Below are positions 1 to 5,105 of a stretch of 12,342 bases of DNA, one piece after another (the first letter of the stretch is position 1; every line of letters begins with the position of its first letter). The DNA comes from an uncultured Isosphaeraceae bacterium. GTDB taxonomy: Bacteria; Planctomycetota; Planctomycetia; Isosphaerales; Isosphaeraceae. The translations under genes and the position numbers were made by a program. Below the pieces are notes generated by a model. It worked only from the letters and a program-made list of their open reading frames with translations. It had not been told where the DNA came from and did no database searches. The stretch covers positions 1 through 12,342 of the forward strand of contig CAZUZD010000181.1 in assembly GCA_964624465.1 (NCBI GenBank). The letters are read 5' to 3'.

Positions 1-393
1 CCAGTTCAGGGCGTTGCCGGCACGCATGCCGGTCGCGGTGCCAACCACATCGTCAGCACTACCGGTGTAGCGGGTATCGCTTTCCTTCTTCATCCGCCAT
101 AGGCGCAGCGACTCCTCGCCATCGTCATAGCGGAAGGTCTCGTGCAGCGTGCCGGTATTGCCGTCCCACGCACCGACCATGTCGACCTCGAAGCGGCGCA
201 GCACCCGGCCCTTGCGGTCCTGGACGATGCCCCAGGCGGTGACCTTGCCGTCGAAATATTCCTCCATACGCAGTTCCGGCTTGGCGCCCGCGTAGATGTT
301 CGGTTCGATGCTCATGCAGCCTCCCAGGGCGAACAGCGTAAACAGCAGTGCCGAGACTTGCCCGCTACGGGCTAGAACGAAAACACGGGACAT
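1..393 (-). CDS. Partial DUF3833-like lipoprotein. The first 131 codons are present; the 3' end lies beyond the window start.
   Basis: Reverse-strand translation from the ATG (revcomp of 391-393) gives MSRVFVLARSGQVSALLFTLFALGGCMSIEPNIYAGAKPELRMEEYFDGKVTAWGIVQDRKGRVLRRFEVDMVGAWDGNTGTLHETFRYDDGEESLRLWRMKKESDTRYTGSADDVVGTATGMRAGNALNW. This has a signal peptide with an LGGC lipobox. The EEYFDGK..AWG.VQDR.G.V.RRF.VD..G.W.G..G.L.E.F.YDDGE pattern is as I recall it for the DUF3833 family. A perfect GGAGG (plus strand cctcc, 400-404) sits 6 nt upstream of the ATG. There is no in-frame stop before the window edge. GC and codon usage (cgt, gaa, tat, cta) differ from the rest of the window. Confidence 0.55.
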   Translation of the reverse strand, partial: MSRVFVLARSGQVSALLFTLFALGGCMSIEPNIYAGAKPELRMEEYFDGKVTAWGIVQDRKGRVLRRFEVDMVGAWDGNTGTLHETFRYDDGEESLRLWRMKKESDTRYTGSADDVVGTATGMRAGNALNW

Positions 394-576
394 GACGAGC
401 CTCCTGCAAGGAGCTGTTCCCTCCGCGTTGGCTCGGTGGTGTCGGGGCTCAGCCAGATGGCGATGAACGCGTTACCGAAGGCGGGGTCCGGGATGGTGCC
501 CAGGTAGCCCTCGGTGCCAAAAAAGTGGGAGACGCCGTCTTGATCGACTTGCAGCAGCAGAACATCCCCCGGCTCG

Positions 577-1131
577 ATGTCGGGCCAGATCGCACGGATC
601 TGGCGGAGCCAGCCGGTCTTCCAGCGCCGGAAGTTCTTCAAGGGCCGGCCGATCCGGGGCGCCGACATCAAGGACCTCTCCTGGCTCGACCCCACCGGCG
701 GCGAGATGACCGACGAGGCCTGGAACGCCGGCTACGTGAAGTGCCTGGGGATGCAGCTCGCCGGCGACCTGATCGGCGACGTCGACGAGCGTGGGCAGCC
801 GATCGTGGGCGAGACGGTGCTCATCCTCATGAACGCCCACTGGGAGCCGCTGCCCTTCGCCCTGCCAGCCCCCGCCGCCGGCCACCACTGGGAGCATCTG
901 GTCGACACCTCCGACCCGACCGCCACGGCCACCTTCCTGGGCGAGTCGGCCAGCTACCCGCTCAAGGACCGCAGCGTGGTCGTGCTCCGCCAGCGCCGGA
1001 AGGACGAGCCGGCCGGCCTGGTGCTCTCGGGCCAGCAGACCGAGCAGATCCTCGAAGGCCGGCTCCAGCCCGCCGGCCCCAGCGGCGGCGTGCCGGCCAC
1101 CTCCACCCTGGCCAACACCCGCGGCACCTGA
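577..1131 (+). pseudogene. glgX: 5'-truncated glycogen debranching enzyme (GlgX/TreX-type) remnant: C-terminal ~185 codons only
   Basis: Translation IARIWRSQPVFQRRKFFKGRPIRGADIKDLSWLDPTGGEMTDEAWNAGYVKCLGMQLAGD..GQPIVGETVLILMNAHWEPLPFALPA..WEHLVDTSDP matches the conserved GlgX C-terminal region (HPVFRRRRFF-GRPI-G...W..P.G.EMT.EDW...F..L....DD.F.L.FNAH.E...F.LP). The frame is closed by a TGA at 541-543. None of the three upstream plus frames contains GlgX-like sequence. A full GlgX is ~700 aa, so the N-terminal catalytic domains are absent. Confidence 0.55.
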
Positions 1132-1292
1132 GCCCGGCCCCCGATCCGGCCGCGTCCCGACCCCCCGGTTCCCCCCCACCATCGCCCTCGCCCGCGCCGC
1201 TCCACACCGGCCGGGCGGGGGCGATTGCGTGTCCGGGTCCGGTTCCGGCGGCACGAACCCGCCGGTCGGCCGGGCGGGGCGTCCCGAGACGC

Positions 1293-1301
1293 TGTTTCCC
1301 G
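1293..1301 (+). promoter_or_regulatory. Copy 1 of shared upstream motif TGTTTCCCG, 117 nt upstream of the QueC-like operon start
   Basis: The exact octamer GTTTCCCG occurs only 3 times on the plus strand of the window (here, 8725-8732 and 9611-9618), all in upstream intergenic regions of plus-strand genes. Given the base composition, fewer than 0.1 occurrences are expected by chance. Confidence 0.3.
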
Positions 1302-1312
1302 ATCGACAGCCG

Positions 1313-1342
1313 TTGGGTATCGTGGTCCCTGAATGTTATGGT
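1313..1342 (+). promoter_or_regulatory. Possible sigma70-like promoter (TTGGGT, 18 nt spacer, TATGGT) in a locally AT-richer stretch
   Basis: TTGGGT at 1313-1318 and TATGGT at 1337-1342, with the ATG at 1419 (~70 nt leader). The match to consensus is weak; Planctomycete promoters are poorly defined. Confidence 0.15.
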
Positions 1343-1347
1343 GTGCT

Positions 1348-1361
1348 CGATCGATCGATCG
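1348..1361. promoter_or_regulatory. Perfect 14-nt palindrome CGATCGATCGATCG, i.e. (GATC)3, just downstream of the putative -10: candidate operator
   Basis: The sequence is self-complementary as read. It lies in the leader of the QueC-like operon, 47 nt downstream of the TGTTTCCCG motif. Confidence 0.25.
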
Positions 1362-1418
1362 GGTGCGGTCCCGACCCGCCGGTCGGGCCGCTCCCCGGAC
1401 CGGCTCGCGTGATCCGCG

Positions 1419-2708
1419 ATGCAGATTCACCCCCCCGAATTCACCGTCGCCAACGACCGCTGGACCGCGTCGGCCGTGATCGAGAGCGCCTCGGGCCAGC
1501 GCCAGACGCTCTGGTATCGCGGGGCCTGCTCGGCGGCGGTGGCCGTCAGCCGGCAGTCGGACCCGTTCGTCGTCGCCTCGGTGTTCCTGGCGATGCGCCG
1601 TGGGGAACCGCTCCGGATCGCCGGGCCGGTGTCCCCCTCGCTGCTGGGGAACCTGGAGGAGTTCATCGCCGCCTGGTCGATGCTCAAACCCGCGTCGTAC
1701 CGGCGGATCGCGATCGAGGCGGACACGCTCCGGGAACCGCCGGCGGCTCGCACCGGCAGCGCCGTGATGGGGTTCTCGGCGGGGGTTGACGCCTGCTTCA
1801 CCGCCTGGCGGCACACCCAGGACCGCGCCGGCTTCCAGCGGCTCCCCCTGGCGGCCGGGGTGCTGGTCCACGGCTTCGACATTCCGCTGGATCAGCCCGA
1901 CATGTTCCAGGGGGCCGCCGCGCGGGCCCGGGCGCTGCTGGAGAGCGTGGGCCTGGAGTGCCTCACGGTCGCGACGAACCTGCGACAGTTCACCGGCGAG
2001 TGGTCCGACACGCATGCCGCCGCGCTGGCCTCGTGCCTGCACCTGCTCCAGCCCGGGTTCGCCACCGGGGTCATCAGCGGCTCGTACCCGTACGAGGATC
2101 GGGTGTTCGTGCATGGCTCGTGCCCGCTGACCGACCGGCTGCTGGGCAGTCGCCGGTTCCCGATCGTGCACGACGCCGCCCAGGCCGGCCGGCAGGCGAA
2201 GATCCGGGACCTGGGGCACTGGCCCGAGGTCCGGCAGCACCTGCGCGTCTGCTGGCAAGGCGCGCAGAAGGATCGCAACTGCGGCCGCTGTCACAAGTGC
2301 GTCAACGCCATCCTCAACTTCCGGATCGCCGGCCATGGCGCCCTGCCGGCGTTCCAGCCCGAGGCCACTCCCGCCCAGATCGCCCGCGTGCCGCACCATA
2401 CCGACACCGTGATCGGGATCTCGCGGCGGACGCTCGCCGACGCCCGCCGTGCCGGCTACCACGACCCCGGCCTCGCGGCCCTGCGACGCGCCGTCAGGCG
2501 AAGGTGGCTCCAGCCCGCCTGGTGGCGGTACCGGCTCGGCGGCTGGCGCGATCGGCTGCGCGGTCGCCTGGTTCCGGCCCTGAAGCGGCACTGGCGGCGC
2601 ACCAGCTTGCCCCTGCCACCGGCTCGCATTTTGCCGCTGACAGTCGACAATGGAGGCCCCGATCCCGGTGCTCGTCATGGGAGGGGCGAGCCCGGTTCGC
2701 GACGATGA
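1419..2708 (+). CDS. QueC-like PP-loop ATPase/amidoligase paralogue A (429 aa) with an ~115-aa N-terminal extension and a basic Trp/Arg-rich C-terminal tail
   Basis: GC3 is above 90% and amino-acid composition is normal. The PP-loop-like segment VMGFSAGVDACFTAW resembles QueC VVFSGGQDSTTCL. The C-terminal zinc motif VCWQGAQKDRNCGRCHKCVNAIL (C-x9-C-x2-C-x2-C) is nearly the same as the QueC motif CYNG...GCGHCAACNLR (C-x8-C-x2-C-x2-C). The protein is ~68% identical to the CDS at 3772..4962, and its N-terminus aligns with that paralogue from Met1. There is no obvious SD. Confidence 0.8.
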   Translation: MQIHPPEFTVANDRWTASAVIESASGQRQTLWYRGACSAAVAVSRQSDPFVVASVFLAMRRGEPLRIAGPVSPSLLGNLEEFIAAWSMLKPASYRRIAIEADTLREPPAARTGSAVMGFSAGVDACFTAWRHTQDRAGFQRLPLAAGVLVHGFDIPLDQPDMFQGAAARARALLESVGLECLTVATNLRQFTGEWSDTHAAALASCLHLLQPGFATGVISGSYPYEDRVFVHGSCPLTDRLLGSRRFPIVHDAAQAGRQAKIRDLGHWPEVRQHLRVCWQGAQKDRNCGRCHKCVNAILNFRIAGHGALPAFQPEATPAQIARVPHHTDTVIGISRRTLADARRAGYHDPGLAALRRAVRRRWLQPAWWRYRLGGWRDRLRGRLVPALKRHWRRTSLPLPPARILPLTVDNGGPDPGARHGRGEPGSRR

Positions 2709-2744
2709 TCCCGCGGCATCCAGGAACTTCAGGCCGGAGCCGGC

Positions 2745-3746
2745 ATGCGGAATCCGTATCTGCTCTTCCTGGGTGACGCCCGGGACGCGCTGGCCGCCAA
2801 GACGGCGCAAGGGCTGGCCGACTGGCGACCCGGGTGGTGCGTGGGCCAGCTCCGGCTGCCGGGCTGCCAGGCGGACGTGGGCCTCCCGGACCTGACGATC
2901 GCGGCGGCGGCCGCGGCCGGGGCCCGGACCCTGGTGATCGGCCTGGCCAGCTCGGGCGGGGCGCTGCTGCCCCACTGGGTGCCCACCTTGCTCCGGGCGC
3001 TCGACGCGGGGCTGGACCTCGCCAACGGCCTGCACGATCGGCTGAGCGACCATCCCGAGATCGCCGCCGCGGCCGGGCGGCTGGGGCGGACGCTCCACGA
3101 CGTGCGCCACTGCGGCCAGACCTTCGCCACCGGCACGGGCCGGAGGCGATCCGGGCGCCGGGTGCTGACGGTGGGGACCGATTGCTCGGTCGGCAAGATG
3201 TACACCGCCCTGGCGATCGAGCGGGAGCTGCGGCGCCTGGGTCGCAGCGCCGACTTCCGCGCCACCGGTCAGACGGGCATCCTGATCGCCGGCCAGGGCA
3301 TCGCCATCGACGCCGTGGTGGCCGACTTCATCGCCGGGGCCGCCGAGGCGCTCGCGCCCGATCACGAGCCGGAACACTGGGACGTGATCGAGGGCCAGGG
3401 CTCGCTGTTCCACCCCGCGTTCGCGGGCGTCACGCTCGGCCTGCTCCACGGCTCGCAGCCCGACGCCCTCGTGCTCTGCCACGAGCCGACCCGTCAACAC
3501 CTGCGGGGCCTGCCCCAGGCGCCGGTGCCCGACCTGGAGGCGTGCGTCGAGCCCTACCTGCAAGCCGCCCGGCTCACCAGCCCCGCGTGCCGGCTGGCCG
3601 GCGTGAGCCTGAACACCCGAGGGCTCGACCCCGAGGCCGCCCGTCGACTGATCGCCGAGGTCGAGGACCGGCTGTCCGTGGTCGGTACCGACCCGCTGCG
3701 GTTCGGCGTGAGTCGGCTCGTCGAGCGACTCCTCGGCGATCGGTGA
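2745..3746 (+). CDS. DUF1611-like two-domain protein (Rossmann-like N-domain plus a BioD/CobQ-like P-loop C-domain with GTDCSVGKM); DgcN-like
   Basis: The ORF is 333 aa with GGAG 5 nt upstream of the ATG and a 36-nt gap after the upstream gene. The motifs LFLGDARDALAAKTAQGLADWRP, VGTDCSVGKMYTAL, ATGQTGIL.AGQGIAIDAVVADF and EGQGSLFHPAFAGVTLGLLHGSQPDALVLCHEP match my memory of DUF1611 (PF07755/PF17396). The family assignment is from memory, not from a search. Confidence 0.6.
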   Translation: MRNPYLLFLGDARDALAAKTAQGLADWRPGWCVGQLRLPGCQADVGLPDLTIAAAAAAGARTLVIGLASSGGALLPHWVPTLLRALDAGLDLANGLHDRLSDHPEIAAAAGRLGRTLHDVRHCGQTFATGTGRRRSGRRVLTVGTDCSVGKMYTALAIERELRRLGRSADFRATGQTGILIAGQGIAIDAVVADFIAGAAEALAPDHEPEHWDVIEGQGSLFHPAFAGVTLGLLHGSQPDALVLCHEPTRQHLRGLPQAPVPDLEACVEPYLQAARLTSPACRLAGVSLNTRGLDPEAARRLIAEVEDRLSVVGTDPLRFGVSRLVERLLGDR

Positions 3747-3771
3747 CCCGCCCCCGCGCGCAGGATGATCC

Positions 3772-4962
3772 ATGAAGGTTCACGCTCCCGAGTTCACCGT
3801 CTCCGAAGGCCACGGGGTCGCGTCCGCCGTCCTCGAGACGGACGATGGCCGCCGCCGGTCGCTCTGGTACCGGGTGCCCGAGTCGGCGGCCGGGTCCGTG
3901 AGCCGACAGGCCGATCCGTTCGCCATCGGCGCGGTGTTCCTGGCCATGATTCGCGGCGAGCGGCTGCGGATCGCCGGCCCGGTCTCTCCCTCGCTGCTGG
4001 GGAACCTGGAGGAGTTCATCGCCGCCTGGTCGATGCTCCGGCCGGCCGACTACCGTCGCATCGCCATCGAGGCGGACACCCTCCAGGAGCCGCCGGCGTC
4101 CCGGAAGGCCGGCGCCGTGCTCAGCTTCTCGAGCGGCGTGGATGCCTGCCTCTCGGCCTGGCGGCACACCCAGGACCTGGCCGGCTACCAGCGCCTGCCG
4201 CTGGCCGCCGGCGTGCTGATCCATGGCTTCGACATCCCGCTCGATCAGCCCGCGACCTTCGGGCGGGCGGCCGTGGGCGCGCGGGCCCTGCTGGCGAGCG
4301 TCGGCCTGGAGTACCGGACGATCGCCACCAACTTCCGCGACCTGCCCGGCGAATGGTCCGACACCCATGGCGCCGGGCTGGCCTCGTGCCTGCACCTGCT
4401 GCAGCCGGAGTTCGCCCTCGGGGTGATCGGCAGCAGCTACACCTACGCCGAGGGCGTGGTCCTGTACGGCTCGTGCCCGCTGACCGATCCGCTGCTGGGC
4501 AGCCGCGGGTTCCCGATCGTGCACGACGCCACCCCGATGAGCCGGCAGGAGAAGATCCAGGCGCTGGGGGCCTGGCCCGAGGCGCGCCAGCACCTGCGCG
4601 TCTGCTGGCAGGGGCCGCACCTGGACCGCAACTGCGGCCGCTGCTTCAAGTGCCTGAACGTGATCCTCAAGGCCCGGGTCGCCGGCCTGGGCCGGCTGGC
4701 GGCGTTCCCGGTCGAGGCGACGCCCGCGCGGATCGCCACGATCCAGCTCCGCGCCGACCTGACCCTCGCCAGCGCCGGCCGCACCCTGGCCGACGCCCGC
4801 CGGGCCGGCTACCACGACGCCGGGATCGCCGCCCTGCGGTTCAACGTCTGGACCACCCGCCTCCGCCCCTTCTGGTGGCGGTCGCGCCTGCGCACCTGGC
4901 GCGAGCGCCGGCGCGACCGGCAGGCCCGGGCTGCCGGCCACCCGGCCGGATCCGCCGACTGA
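3772..4962 (+). CDS. QueC-like PP-loop ATPase/amidoligase paralogue B (396 aa)
   Basis: GGA SD 6 nt upstream, with a 25-nt gap after the DUF1611-like gene. The PP-loop-like segment is VLSFSSGVDACLSAW and the zinc motif is VCWQGPHLDRNCGRCFKCLNVIL. The conserved tail is RRAGYHDAGIAALR...RLRPFWWRSRLRTWRERRRDR. Architecture and ~68% identity match 1419..2708. Confidence 0.8.
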   Translation: MKVHAPEFTVSEGHGVASAVLETDDGRRRSLWYRVPESAAGSVSRQADPFAIGAVFLAMIRGERLRIAGPVSPSLLGNLEEFIAAWSMLRPADYRRIAIEADTLQEPPASRKAGAVLSFSSGVDACLSAWRHTQDLAGYQRLPLAAGVLIHGFDIPLDQPATFGRAAVGARALLASVGLEYRTIATNFRDLPGEWSDTHGAGLASCLHLLQPEFALGVIGSSYTYAEGVVLYGSCPLTDPLLGSRGFPIVHDATPMSRQEKIQALGAWPEARQHLRVCWQGPHLDRNCGRCFKCLNVILKARVAGLGRLAAFPVEATPARIATIQLRADLTLASAGRTLADARRAGYHDAGIAALRFNVWTTRLRPFWWRSRLRTWRERRRDRQARAAGHPAGSAD

Positions 4963-5029
4963 CACGGCGTCGGGTCGGCGCGCCGGGCCCACGCTCGTCG
5001 TCCGGGCCGCGTTGCCCGGATTCTCGGAC

Positions 5030-5064
5030 GGCCGACCGCCGCCGGGTGCTGGCGGTGGTCGGCC
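5030..5064. terminator. 14-bp GC-rich hairpin (one G-U pair, 7-nt loop) between convergent genes: candidate bidirectional terminator
   Basis: GGCCGACCGCCGCC (5030-5043) pairs with GGCGGTGGTCGGCC (5051-5064), leaving loop GGGTGCT. It lies 68 nt after the stop at 4962 and 42 nt from the GH2 stop at 5106-5108. A relatively U-containing tract (GTCTGGTGTGGTGG) follows on the plus strand. Confidence 0.35.
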
Positions 5065-5105
5065 GTCTGGTGTGGTGGCGAACCCTGCGGGGCGGACCGG
5101 GCGGG

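Noticed and set aside
577-695. Possible 98-107-aa minus-strand protein starting at 668 or 695 (MSAPRIGRPLKNFRRWKTGWLRQIRAIW…)
   Set aside because: Its 5' part is the antisense reading of the strongly GlgX-homologous plus-strand segment. Only the part below ~577 looks independently protein-like, and that part has no start codon. It is treated as a truncated fragment, not a gene.
954-3773. 939-aa minus-strand ORF
   Set aside because: It is antisense to the QueC-like paralogue A and DUF1611-like genes. The translation is an Arg/Gly/Pro/Ala-rich low-complexity string typical of open antisense frames in ~72% GC DNA. The plus-strand genes have motif-level homology and GC3 above 90%.
1419-4962. Assignment of the locus to a known QueC-containing system (queuosine biosynthesis, Qat, type IV CBASS, Dpd)
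   Set aside because: The partner genes are not present in the window: queD/queE/folE/queF, the QatA ATPase and QatD TatD nuclease, Cap10 TGT-like and OGG-like proteins with a CD-NTase, and DpdA/B. The proteins also carry extra N- and C-terminal regions not typical of housekeeping QueC.
3574-4992. 472-aa minus-strand ORF, plus the 6772..8373 (minus, wrong frame inside GH2), 2834..3775 (plus), 525..1412 (plus), 472..1254 (minus) and 1958..2776 (plus) ORFs
   Set aside because: All are alternative-frame or antisense ORFs overlapping better-supported genes. All show the R/P/G/A-rich composition expected from GC-rich non-coding frames.
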